A stretch of 58,605 nucleotides of DNA, from assembly GCA_049699715.1 (NCBI GenBank), contig JBNAVB010000003.1, forward strand, positions 1-58,605. The letters run 5' to 3'. The stretch's first letter is position 1. Every line of letters begins with the position of its first letter. Below are positions 49,348 to 58,550 of this stretch, in pieces. A program made the position numbers and the translations under genes. Under the pieces are notes generated by a model. That model ran no database searches. It saw nothing but the letters and a program-made list of their open reading frames with translations, and was not told the DNA's origin. Source of the DNA: Candidatus Pacearchaeota archaeon (GTDB lineage: Archaea > Nanobdellota > Nanobdellia > Pacearchaeales > UBA284).

Positions 49348-51984
49348 TTACCCTCCTCTTTCAATCCTATCAAGAACTTGCTGATGCATTCTTTTTAGAA
49401 AATCTATTTTTGCTTCTATTTTCATAAGCTCTGCATAGCCTTGCGTTATCAAATTGAGCGCAAAAGGCGAGGGGATGTCGGTCACTATGGTTTCAACTTT
49501 TATTTTCTTATCTTTTATCCATCTTAGCACTTTCATTGCATTATTGATATCCATTAAATCCTCAAGCACTTCGCGCCTTGTTTCTTTGAGGATTGGAAAA
49601 TCATTGCTAATTTTTTTGACAGCTCCCAATAAAAAATCACTTTTCATCTGTTGCTTACCTACGGTTTTGCTTTTTCCTTTGTAAGAGCGAAGAATCATTA
49701 GTGAGCGAGTAGCACAATGTCTAAACCTTCTCTTGAATATTTCTGTCTTGTCAATTGCTTCTTCAAGCAACGTTCTCAAGGCTTCTGGTTTGTCGCTCAA
49801 TAACTTGAATGCTTTCTCAATTTGCATAGGTCCTTTACTTACAATAAAAAACCCATTGTCATTAATCCCAACCTCAACATCTCTTCTCCCGAATCTTGCT
49901 ACAAGATATGCGAAAGCGCGAGACAAAGCATCATTGACTCTGCGCCCATAAAGCGAATGAATCAAGACATATTGTTTGTCTTCTCTATCCATATATCTCT
50001 CGATGACCACGCGATTCTCGTGAGGCATCTTGCCATTAGTGTAATGATATTGTTCATAAAAATAATTGTAAAGTGCGCTAACAGCATTCTTGTCAACATA
50101 ACAATAACTTTCAATAAACTCTTTAACTTCCTTCTCGCTTTTCCTATTGTCAAACATCTCACAAACCAATTTTCTAAAACGTTGTATTGCCAAGGCCAAA
50201 TCAAATGAAAGTGGCAGCATCTCACTTACCCACGAAGGAATTGTTGGCGGTTTATAAACAGAAGCATTGACATAAACATTCATGCCCCTCGAGTAAAGGA
50301 ACTCGTATTTGTTGCCGCCTAAAACAAAAACATCTCCTTTTTTCAGCCTTTCGAGAAACCCTTCATCGATTTTGCCTATCTTTTCGTCTTTTCTTTCATA
50401 AGGTGTTGCTATAATAACATTTGCAAATGCTTCATCAGGAATTGTTCCTATGTTTGTCATGTAGATCATTCTCGCGAGCTTGCCTTTCTTCCCTAGCTCT
50501 CTCGACTTTTCATCATACCATACCTTTGCATAAACACTCCTTCGTTCTAGCCCTACATACTCACCAGTTAAGTAACTTATTACAGAAAGAAAATCTTCCC
50601 GGGAAAGCTCGTGATAACAATAGCTTTTTTTGATAAGAGAAAAGAGCTCCTCGATATTCCATTTTCTTTGGATTGCCATGCCAAAAATCTGTTGGCTAAG
50701 AACATCCAGACAGTTTTTTGGAAACTCTATCTTGTCAATTTTTCTTTCGAGCGCTTCTTTCAGCATCACAGAACACTCCACGAGATCGTCTCTGTCTAAC
50801 ACAACAAGTCTTCCTTTACTGATGTTATGTAACTTGTGTCCCGCGCGCCCAGTTCTTTGTAATATTCTAGCAACAGATTTCGGAGAGCTCAATAACACAA
50901 CTAAATCAATATATCCTATATCAATTCCCAACTCTAGTGAAGTGCTCGTGACAACACATTTCAACTTGCCCTCACGTAACCTTTGTTCAATGCTATAACG
51001 CAGAGCTTTGCTCAAACTTGAATGATGTGCGCCGATTGTTTCTTCAACTTGTTCATACCTGCCAGGAAACATTTCTTTAAGATGATTGATAACTCTCTCA
51101 GTCGCAGAGCGGGTGTTAGTGAAGATTAAAGTTGTCTTGTGCTCCTGTATCAGCTTATCCAACAAGCCATAAAGACTCATTTGCATTTCTTTCGCATTAG
51201 TGTCAATCAAGTCAGGCACTGGAGAGAGAACTTTCAAATCGAACTTCTTGGCGAACTGGACATCTGCCACAAGACATTCGCGCTCTTTCTCTTTTCCATC
51301 AACATTTTCATAGCCAACGAGAAACTTGGCGATCTCCTCAAGAGGCGCGATAGTGGCGCTCAATCCAATTCTTACAGGGACAATTATGCTTAGGCTCTCA
51401 AGCCTTTCAAGAGACAAGGACAAATGAACTCCTCTTTTATTAGCCAAGGCATGAATTTCATCAACAACAACAAACTCAACAGCCTTGAAAGCCTCTACGA
51501 ATTTTTTTGTGCTTAACACTATGGCTAAAGACTCAGGAGTTGTGATTAAAATGTGAGGCGCGTGTTTCAACATTTTCTGCTTCTCTTCTGTTGTCGTGTC
51601 TCCTGTTCTCACTGCAATTCTTATTCCAAACTCTTTTCCCGCAAGTTTCTCCATTTCTTCAAGAGGCTCTTTCAAGTTGACTTCAATATCTCTGCTCAAG
51701 GCTTTCAAAGGCGAGACATAAACACAATAAACTTTATTCTCTAACTCGTTTCTTTCAGCAAGCGAGATTAAATAGTTAAGGATAGAAGTGAAAGCGCATA
51801 GAGTTTTGCCAGAGCCTGTAGGCGCGGTCACAAGGATATTTTTCCTTTGATGAATTGGCATTATTGCATATCTCTGGCTATCCGCGAATGAGCCAAACTT
51901 CTCCTTGAACCATCTCGCGACAATTGGATTCAGCGCGCTGAGAATTTCTGAATCTGTGTTTGGCTTTTCAATTAGTCTTATCAT
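49348..51984 (-). CDS. lhr: Lhr-core ATP-dependent helicase
   Basis: APTGSGKT, TTPESL, DEIH, AHHSSLS, SLELGIDIG, QRTGRAGH, GTIPD. Confidence 0.95.
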   Translation of the reverse strand: MIRLIEKPNTDSEILSALNPIVARWFKEKFGSFADSQRYAIMPIHQRKNILVTAPTGSGKTLCAFTSILNYLISLAERNELENKVYCVYVSPLKALSRDIEVNLKEPLEEMEKLAGKEFGIRIAVRTGDTTTEEKQKMLKHAPHILITTPESLAIVLSTKKFVEAFKAVEFVVVDEIHALANKRGVHLSLSLERLESLSIIVPVRIGLSATIAPLEEIAKFLVGYENVDGKEKERECLVADVQFAKKFDLKVLSPVPDLIDTNAKEMQMSLYGLLDKLIQEHKTTLIFTNTRSATERVINHLKEMFPGRYEQVEETIGAHHSSLSKALRYSIEQRLREGKLKCVVTSTSLELGIDIGYIDLVVLLSSPKSVARILQRTGRAGHKLHNISKGRLVVLDRDDLVECSVMLKEALERKIDKIEFPKNCLDVLSQQIFGMAIQRKWNIEELFSLIKKSYCYHELSREDFLSVISYLTGEYVGLERRSVYAKVWYDEKSRELGKKGKLARMIYMTNIGTIPDEAFANVIIATPYERKDEKIGKIDEGFLERLKKGDVFVLGGNKYEFLYSRGMNVYVNASVYKPPTIPSWVSEMLPLSFDLALAIQRFRKLVCEMFDNRKSEKEVKEFIESYCYVDKNAVSALYNYFYEQYHYTNGKMPHENRVVIERYMDREDKQYVLIHSLYGRRVNDALSRAFAYLVARFGRRDVEVGINDNGFFIVSKGPMQIEKAFKLLSDKPEALRTLLEEAIDKTEIFKRRFRHCATRSLMILRSYKGKSKTVGKQQMKSDFLLGAVKKISNDFPILKETRREVLEDLMDINNAMKVLRWIKDKKIKVETIVTDIPSPFALNLITQGYAELMKIEAKIDFLKRMHQQVLDRIERGG

Positions 51985-52026
51985 TGTAGCGAAAAATAAA
52001 GTAGAACTATTTATAAGTTTTTGGCT

Positions 52027-52905
52027 TTAATTGCCTGTCAAAGTTCTCATGTCCAAAGGCGCGCAGTAAACAGCCTTGCTGTTAATCCGATCATTCCCGC
52101 GCGCATGAACCTTATAATCTCGCGAGATGGCCTTCAAAGCCCACCCTACAATGCTGCTCTCGCCCCTTGAAATTTCAAATTCAACCAGTTTTGGGGCTCT
52201 TCTGACTTTTTTATCCATGAAAATGTCAATGTCAAAAACCCCATAACCGTGATACTCTACTTCATTAGGCCACACATGATCGCCCGCTATTGTATTGCCC
52301 ATCTCTGTGATAGTTCGTCTTAATTGATATTCTGAAATTCTGTCAACTATTCCCTTAAGTCTCAAGAATTCCTCAACATCTTTCTTGTCTATCTTTAGGA
52401 CCTTCAACATAGCATAACCCTTACCTTTCAACTCCTCGATTATATAATCCACCTCATGCATGACTTCTGCCGCCGAGCTGTAGATGGCTTCATTCTTAAC
52501 TTTGTCAAGGTTGACTTCATAAACCTTTTTTGAGATTTCAGTTTCATCTATACTAAAGAACCAGAAAATGACCTGATCCAATCCTTTAGAGTTTTTCCAG
52601 TCATCTTCTCCAAGATAAGCCAAAGCGCGCAGCTTGCCCGAGCCTCCCCGAGGCCCACAGATATATTCCATCCTCACGTTTAACTCGCTGCTATCATCAA
52701 AAGGTAAAGTATAACCACAGATTTTTTCGCCTTTCAGCTTCAAAGCATCGTTCATTCTTGTTTCGATATCCCCCTTGCCCTTGTAGCCATAATTTTGGCC
52801 AAAGGTCATTAGCGGCTTAGCCAACAAGCCTATAGTTCCTAATCCTAAAATTTTCAAGAATTCTCTCCTATCAATCTTTTTTTGCAGTATTTTATCAAGC
52901 AACAT
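52027..52905 (-). CDS. Hypothetical protein with twin-arginine-like N-terminus
   Basis: IDRREFLKILGLG. Confidence 0.65.
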   Translation of the reverse strand: MLLDKILQKKIDRREFLKILGLGTIGLLAKPLMTFGQNYGYKGKGDIETRMNDALKLKGEKICGYTLPFDDSSELNVRMEYICGPRGGSGKLRALAYLGEDDWKNSKGLDQVIFWFFSIDETEISKKVYEVNLDKVKNEAIYSSAAEVMHEVDYIIEELKGKGYAMLKVLKIDKKDVEEFLRLKGIVDRISEYQLRRTITEMGNTIAGDHVWPNEVEYHGYGVFDIDIFMDKKVRRAPKLVEFEISRGESSIVGWALKAISRDYKVHARGNDRINSKAVYCAPLDMRTLTGN

Positions 52906-52960
52906 GTTCGTATTAACGAAAAACAACAATATTTATAAATATTATTTTTATAGAACCGTT

Positions 52961-53296
52961 ATGCCAAGGATATCAGCGACAAAAGAGAACAAGATAAAAG
53001 AGGCCATACTGCATCTGTTATTCGAGCAGTCGCCCAAGTCGCTATTCACTTATCATATCGCTCGAGAACTTGCTAGAGATGAAGAATACATCAAGAAACT
53101 TATGCAAGAGCTCGAAGCCAAAAATATGGTAGCTGGCGTCCGCAAGAATAGCAATGGCAAAGATTACAGCAGAAGGATCAGATGGCGCCTTTCATCTCAA
53201 ACTTATGACGCTTACAAGAAGCTTAATACCAATTTTAACACTAATTATCCAAGCCAGTCGAGTACAATTCAACCAGAACAGTCGCCGCAATCTTAG
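52961..53296 (+). CDS. Winged-helix domain protein
   Basis: LFTYHIARELARDEEYIKKLMQELE...RRIRWRL; TATA atttataaat upstream. Confidence 0.75.
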   Translation: MPRISATKENKIKEAILHLLFEQSPKSLFTYHIARELARDEEYIKKLMQELEAKNMVAGVRKNSNGKDYSRRIRWRLSSQTYDAYKKLNTNFNTNYPSQSSTIQPEQSPQS

Positions 53297-53341
53297 TTTA
53301 AATTCCAAACAACAAATGGGCTAGGAAAACTGTTGTCTAAA

Positions 53342-54145
53342 ATGGGCTTTTTTAATAAAAACAAAGACAAAAGAATTGAGCTTTCTTTCCAGAAGATGAA
53401 ATCCGATGTTCTCAACCTCCAACAAGAAATTACTATCCTAAAGCAAGAGATTCAGGAAATAAACTCCAATTTTAACGCATTTCTTGGCCAGTTCAAGCAG
53501 GTTTTACACTCCAACAGATATCCAGCACACATCCAACACAAGAAACCTATTCCAACACATAATTCACAGAATCAGGCAATAAATCAGCCATATTTCCATA
53601 GTTCCATAGGAAATAAAGGGGTTCCAACAGACAGTCAACAGACAGTCAACAGACAACCCAACACATTAAAACGAATTTCTTTTTACAACAAGAATCTTTC
53701 CTATATACCTCTAGATTCTTCTGATCTAAGAAATCCTAATCTAAGAAAGATTCCTGGAGAGACTCCTATCAAAAATACACAGACTCCCCTTCAGGTTCAA
53801 GATCATAACAAAGATCAGATTGACATGCCGCAACTATCGAATATAGTTTCGAACATGAAGCAAGAGCTCCAAGAGAAGTTCAAAAAACTAACAAAACAGG
53901 AGTTCTTTGTTTTTTCAGTGTTGTATTCTCTTGAAGAAGAAAAAAGCAAAGTTACTTATAGGGACATAGCTTTAAGAGCCAAACTCGCCGAAAGTTCTGT
54001 TAGAGACTATGTCTCAAGGCTCGAATACAAGGGAATTCCATTAGTGAAAGAGCGTATAAATAATAAGGTTGTATCACTAAAGATATCACCTGAGCTTAGG
54101 AATATTGTGACTTTAGACTCGCTCTCGAAGCTGGTTAGATTCTAG
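53342..54145 (+). CDS. Coiled-coil plus C-terminal winged-helix protein with internal DNA repeats
   Basis: N-terminal SF.K.K.D coiled coil; LTKQE...TYRDIA....LAESSVRDYVSRL HTH. Confidence 0.8.
   Translation: MGFFNKNKDKRIELSFQKMKSDVLNLQQEITILKQEIQEINSNFNAFLGQFKQVLHSNRYPAHIQHKKPIPTHNSQNQAINQPYFHSSIGNKGVPTDSQQTVNRQPNTLKRISFYNKNLSYIPLDSSDLRNPNLRKIPGETPIKNTQTPLQVQDHNKDQIDMPQLSNIVSNMKQELQEKFKKLTKQEFFVFSVLYSLEEEKSKVTYRDIALRAKLAESSVRDYVSRLEYKGIPLVKERINNKVVSLKISPELRNIVTLDSLSKLVRF
53510..53665 (+). repeat. Intragenic ORB-like site flanked by 11-bp-phased repeats
   Basis: tccaacagata/tccagcacaca/tccaacacaag; GTTCCATAGGAAATAAAGGGG (53601-53621); caacagacagt x2 plus caacagaca. Confidence 0.8.
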
Positions 54146-54251
54146 TGATTCTAGTAACTTACATATGATGGCCTTAGAAACTCTCTTTCTAAAAACCTAT
54201 AAGCAGCTATAGCCAATTTATAGCTGCTAAATTAAATTGAAAGGAGGTAAA

Positions 54252-54338
54252 ATGCAATTAGGAGAAGAAACTTTTATTGGCTTAGACACACATAAAGAAA
54301 AGATAAGAAGTTGCTCAGCAATTTCCCTTGCAAACTAA
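54252..54338 (+). pseudogene. IS110-family recombinase N-terminal stub
   Basis: GGAGGT RBS; MQLGEETFIGLDTHKE carries the first DEDD motif (GxDxxK), then stop. Confidence 0.6.
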
Positions 54339-54960
54339 TAAAAATTTTAAAATAAAATTCTTGTGAAGGGTAGTTCTGTTAAGCCGATGACGAAGAAAAA
54401 ATGTCACAATAAAGAAAACGAACTTTTTTATTAAAATCTCAACGATAAATTTGTTCTCACCTTATAAGTTAGTATAACCCTCTTAATTGCTGTAATAAAG
54501 AAAGAGAGTTTATTCTAAGGGATGCCTTTTATTCCGTTTATACCATCCAAACTTTATTTTGGTTGTTCGGTTTACCGATTTAATTTTATTATATTCCTAG
54601 CTAAGAAACAATTCATTCAAATTATTTGGATTTAAGGCTTAAATATTGTTTTTAAAAAATCCTATAAAGCCCACTAGATACCTTTTTTCAATCATGAACT
54701 CACTTTGCCCTAAACTCAACTAGTTTCGATTTTCTCTTTTTTTCTTAGTTTTTTGAAACTTTTTTAGATCCTCACTTAAAGTTCGTTTTAATATGATAAC
54801 AAACTCTCACTTTTCCATCTTTTAAGGACTTTTTTATTCGGTTTGTAATACCCTTTTCCTCTCTTTTTCTTTTTTTACTCTTTTTTTGTAGTTTTTCTCT
54901 AGACTCTACATGTCTTAACTCTCACTTCTTCTGTTTTATTATTCGGTTTATTACTTCCCT

Positions 54961-55590
54961 TTACTTGCCCCATTCCCATCCTTCTGGCTTCCGGCTAGCC
55001 ATTTTTTTACTTTCGACTTTCATCTTTTTGAGCAGAATCCCCTTCAGTTTCTCATCAACATAATATCTCTTTTTCCCACTTTTTTCAATAAACTCACTTA
55101 TCCAGCTTTCATTCTTTTGTTTTATGTTGTTGATTTGACTTCTCACAGTTGACCTGTCCTTTGCGAGTAAAACTGCTATGTCTTCGCAGCTTAATTTCTG
55201 TTCAGAGTTCAACAAAATCCATAAAATAACCTTCTCCTGTTGTGTCAAACCTCTTAAAAATGCTGTTTGGACAGCTGTGTAGACAGGTGTTTGGACACCT
55301 TCCACACGTGTGTGTTTATCCACAGCTGTGGAATTCTGCCTAAAAACACGCGAGGCAACCCGCGTATCAAAGAATGAAATGAACTGTTTTATTCCGTCGA
55401 TATCCTGTTTAATTTCCATAATTTCATTGTAAATTCTTTGGATTTGATCTTCGTGCGAGCTGTCTTTGGCACTTAAATGTTTTATCCACGCTGAAATTTT
55501 GGAAATATCTTGCTTGACTGACTCAAAAGAATGAGCGATTTTCTCATCATCGTGCTCTTTTTTCTTTCTCCCGAACCAGAGAAAACCCAT
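54961..55590 (-). CDS. Coiled-coil plus winged-helix protein, paralog of 53342-54145
   Basis: MGF...SFESVKQDI; LTQQE...SCEDIA.....RSTVRSQINNI. Confidence 0.8.
   Translation of the reverse strand: MGFLWFGRKKKEHDDEKIAHSFESVKQDISKISAWIKHLSAKDSSHEDQIQRIYNEIMEIKQDIDGIKQFISFFDTRVASRVFRQNSTAVDKHTRVEGVQTPVYTAVQTAFLRGLTQQEKVILWILLNSEQKLSCEDIAVLLAKDRSTVRSQINNIKQKNESWISEFIEKSGKKRYYVDEKLKGILLKKMKVESKKMASRKPEGWEWGK
55262..55333. repeat. Intragenic 12-bp repeats and palindromes
   Basis: gctgtttggaca/gctgtgtagaca/ggtgtttggaca; palindromes cacacgtgtg and tccacagctgtgga. Confidence 0.75.
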
Positions 55591-55705
55591 AATAATTTCA
55601 GCAAAACTCCGCTTTTAAATCTTTCGCAAAAAAACGCGAGATTTATAAATAAACAAGAACTTTTAAGCATAAATAACCTAAAATTTTGATAAAATTCCAA
55701 CAAAA

Positions 55706-55987
55706 ATGCCAAAAAAGCCGGGAAATGTTTTAGCCGAAAAAGCAAAGGAAAAAGCCAAAGATTTCGCAGCCAGGGTCAGAGATAAAATAGCTGTTGCAAT
55801 AGGCGCAGCTTTTGGATTAGTTATTGCTCTAGCATGGAACTCTGCGATTCAAGAAGGCGTTAACAATCTAATGACTTATTTAGGGATTGTCGGCACAACA
55901 TATATCTATAAACTAATTGCTGCTGTGGTTGTGACAATAATTGCCGTGATGGGGATCATTATAGTCTCAAGATGGGCTGAAAAGTGA
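55706..55987 (+). CDS. DUF5654-like small membrane protein
   Basis: AAFGLVIALAWNSAI. Confidence 0.75.
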   Translation: MPKKPGNVLAEKAKEKAKDFAARVRDKIAVAIGAAFGLVIALAWNSAIQEGVNNLMTYLGIVGTTYIYKLIAAVVVTIIAVMGIIIVSRWAEK

Positions 55988-56075
55988 AAAAAGCACAAAA
56001 ATACTAAAATAAAACAAAAAGCTTAAAACTTTCAAGCGAAATAGCATAAGTTTTAGCATGAATAAAAACTAAAAA

Positions 56076-56339
56076 ATGCCAAAAAACAAAGAGAAATCAA
56101 AAAAAGTAAAGCGTAGTTTCAGAAGAGAGTTCAAGAGACAAGTAAGAATGGCAGTTGCAGCAGCAATTGGTTTTATTATAGCTTTTAGTTGGAGAAACTT
56201 CGTTTATGACATGACAAAAACATGGCTAGAAAAAATAACTCCCTTAAGCGGAGCTTTTGAGAGTAGATTAGCCTCTGCTCTTTTCATAACAGTCATCGGA
56301 GTGATTCTCATACTTATCAGCTCTCGGCTTCTAAAATAA
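56076..56339 (+). CDS. DUF5654-like small membrane protein (paralog)
   Basis: AAIGFIIAFSWR. Confidence 0.7.
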   Translation: MPKNKEKSKKVKRSFRREFKRQVRMAVAAAIGFIIAFSWRNFVYDMTKTWLEKITPLSGAFESRLASALFITVIGVILILISSRLLK

Positions 56340-56641
56340 TTGAGAAAATGTCAAAATTAGGGGTTTTAATCCTTCGGTTTCTTCTTTATATGCCCTCTTA
56401 TAGCAGTTATCAATAGATTTATGAAGCTTGCTATCACCAAAATCAAGAAAATCAGGCCAAAAATGCCCCAAACATGAGATATTCCCTCGCTTAAATATTT
56501 CTATCAAAATAGGATAACCTTCTGCGTGAGTGAAAATACCGTCGGAAACCAGGGAAAAACAGCTAAAAAGGGCCAAAACTTCGCACAAGATGCATTAAAC
56601 GAAATGATAAAATTTAAATAGAAGTTCGTTTTAATATTTCT

Positions 56642-56998
56642 ATGAAAAACAATAAATTTGAGCAAGCAGGTAAGGTTTTCAGAAGTCTAGTGAATGAAGC
56701 AAACAATACAAAAATAGGGGATTATGTCAGGGTTCCTAAAAATTCTGATGGACTTTTTGGCATAGCTGCTTTAGCAGTAGCTGCATTAAATGATCTCGGT
56801 GCAGAACGCATAGAACCATATGAAAAAGAACTATTTGGACCATTCAATTTAACTGTTTTGTGTAGTGCTAATATGATTTTGGCAAATTATTTTTTAAGAG
56901 ATATAACCCAATTTGATAGAGATGACTATGAAATGCTTGAGAGAGTATGTTACTCAGCTCAAATACTCTATGATAAAGGCATTATTCGTTGTTTTTAA
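56642..56998 (+). CDS. Hypothetical protein
   Basis: 118-aa ORF with TATA aaatttaaat upstream. Confidence 0.55.
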   Translation: MKNNKFEQAGKVFRSLVNEANNTKIGDYVRVPKNSDGLFGIAALAVAALNDLGAERIEPYEKELFGPFNLTVLCSANMILANYFLRDITQFDRDDYEMLERVCYSAQILYDKGIIRCF

Positions 56999-57027
56999 TA
57001 AAAAGATAGCGAAAACAGTAAAAAGAA

Positions 57028-57852
57028 GTGGAAAAAATGAAAAAAGAGGAATTTCTTGAAAAACTTGAAACCGAGCTAAAGCTAATAAAAAAATCTCCCT
57101 TGACAATTCGTAATTACAAATACTTTAATTCAAAATTATTAGATTCTGTAAACAAAGAGCCAGATGCTTTAACAGAAGGCGATATCAAAAAGTTTTTAGC
57201 AGCAATGGCAGACAAAGCCTCTAGCTCAATGATTCTTGCTTTAGCAGCTATAAGATTTGCAAGTTCCAAGATTTTGGGCAAGGATTTAACACTCAATATA
57301 GAAAGGCCAAAAAAAGAAAAAACCCTGCCAAGCGTTCTAAGCAAGGATGAAATCAAAGCCCTAATCGAGTCAGCAGAAACAAAGAAATCAAGGCTAATAA
57401 TTCAGTTTCTTTATAGTACAGGATTAAGAGTTTCAGAATTAGTTAATTTGAAAGTCCAAGATCTCAATCTTGCAGAAAAAACAGGCATAGTTAGGCAAGG
57501 AAAAGGCAAGAAAGACCGAATGTTTACATTATCAGAAAAATCAATAAGTGATATTCAGGCTTATCTCAATGAACACCCCCAAAATACATATCTTTTCTCA
57601 GAAACTGAGCCCCTCACAACCCGCAACATACAAAAAATAATCAAACATACAGCAAAAAAAGCTCAAATCCAGAAGAAAGTTACCCCCCACACTCTAAGAC
57701 ATAGCTATGCAACGCATTTGTTAGAATCAGGCACAGATATCAGGGTAATCCAGACATTATTAGGCCACGAAAATCTCAACACAACTCAAATCTACACCCA
57801 TGTCAGCACAGAAGAGCTGAAGAAAGTCAAGAATCCTTTAGACGAATTGTAA
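57028..57852 (+). CDS. xerA: Tyrosine recombinase XerA
   Basis: TGLRVSEL, GKGKKDR, HTLRHSYATH, LGH, TTQIYTH. Confidence 0.9.
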   Translation: MEKMKKEEFLEKLETELKLIKKSPLTIRNYKYFNSKLLDSVNKEPDALTEGDIKKFLAAMADKASSSMILALAAIRFASSKILGKDLTLNIERPKKEKTLPSVLSKDEIKALIESAETKKSRLIIQFLYSTGLRVSELVNLKVQDLNLAEKTGIVRQGKGKKDRMFTLSEKSISDIQAYLNEHPQNTYLFSETEPLTTRNIQKIIKHTAKKAQIQKKVTPHTLRHSYATHLLESGTDIRVIQTLLGHENLNTTQIYTHVSTEELKKVKNPLDEL

Positions 57853-57853
57853 A

Positions 57854-57940
57854 ATGGAAAAGAAAACAAGAAGAAACAAAAAACCGGAGATAAAAACCTT
57901 AATTTTTGACCACGGCAGAGTTTTCTCTAAAACAGATTAG
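57854..57940 (+). pseudogene. HAD-hydrolase-like N-terminal fragment ending at the IS200 insertion
   Basis: IKTLIFDHGRVF resembles HAD motif I; stop TAG lies in the TTAG just before the IS end. Confidence 0.45.
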
Positions 57941-58550
57941 GCATAAATTTAAGCGAAGAATTCCACTAGTCTATGACTAGTGGTAAAAGCAAAAGCTTTT
58001 TCTTCTTTGCATAATTATTATGAAAGTAGCTTTGATGCTAAGCTACTGAAAGCACCCAATTAGCTGTAGCTTTCTATCTTAATAAAATTTTCGGAGGTGT
58101 AAAATGTTAGCTAGAGCTAGCTCTTGTGTTGGAAGTTCATGGTGTCATGCTATGTTCAAAATAAAATACTGTCACCCAATTTTCGACGACGTTAGGGTAA
58201 GATTTTTTACTTACCTTAGGTTAAAAGAAATATCCGAGCGATATGATATGCCAATAAAAAAGGTAGGATTTAACTCGAATCGTGTGCATTTTCGCGTCGA
58301 TATAAAGTTGAGAAGCAAACCGGAAGTTGCGAAAATAATAAAAGGAATAACAGGAAAGAAAATTCTTGAGGCTTTTCCAGAAATAAAGAAAAAATATTTC
58401 TGGGGAAGTGGCTTTTGGAATCCCGCTTATTTGATGGATAACATTGGCGGTGACGAGGGGGCTATAGATAATTATATTGCTTCTCAGAAATATCCAATTA
58501 ATTGATTACGCCGCGATCATGCCACCGGTCACAGACCGGTGGTTCTTGAC
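57941..58550 (+). mobile_element. IS200-like element (tnpA only)
   Basis: Subterminal hairpins ccactagtc-tat-gactagtgg (57963-57983) and ccaccggtc-aca-gaccggtgg-ttcttgac (58522-58550); left boundary approximate. Confidence 0.85.
58104..58505 (+). CDS. tnpA: IS200/IS605 Y1 transposase TnpA
   Basis: H.MF..KY, IKG, FWGSGFW, YIASQ (YxxxQ); HUH motif reads RVH. Confidence 0.9.
   Translation: MLARASSCVGSSWCHAMFKIKYCHPIFDDVRVRFFTYLRLKEISERYDMPIKKVGFNSNRVHFRVDIKLRSKPEVAKIIKGITGKKILEAFPEIKKKYFWGSGFWNPAYLMDNIGGDEGAIDNYIASQKYPIN

Noticed and set aside
53510-53665. Possible CRISPR array (given the Cas4-like gene)
   Set aside because: Repeats are 11 bp, contiguous, spacer-less and intragenic; no array seen anywhere in the window
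55316-55324. Perfect DnaA box TTATCCACA
   Set aside because: Single copy in an archaeon, explained as part of a palindrome
56331-56588. 85-aa minus-strand ORF
   Set aside because: No recognisable motif or clear start signal; left uncalled
57028-57852. Integrase marking a provirus or island
   Set aside because: Looks like housekeeping XerA; no att repeat or viral genes seen
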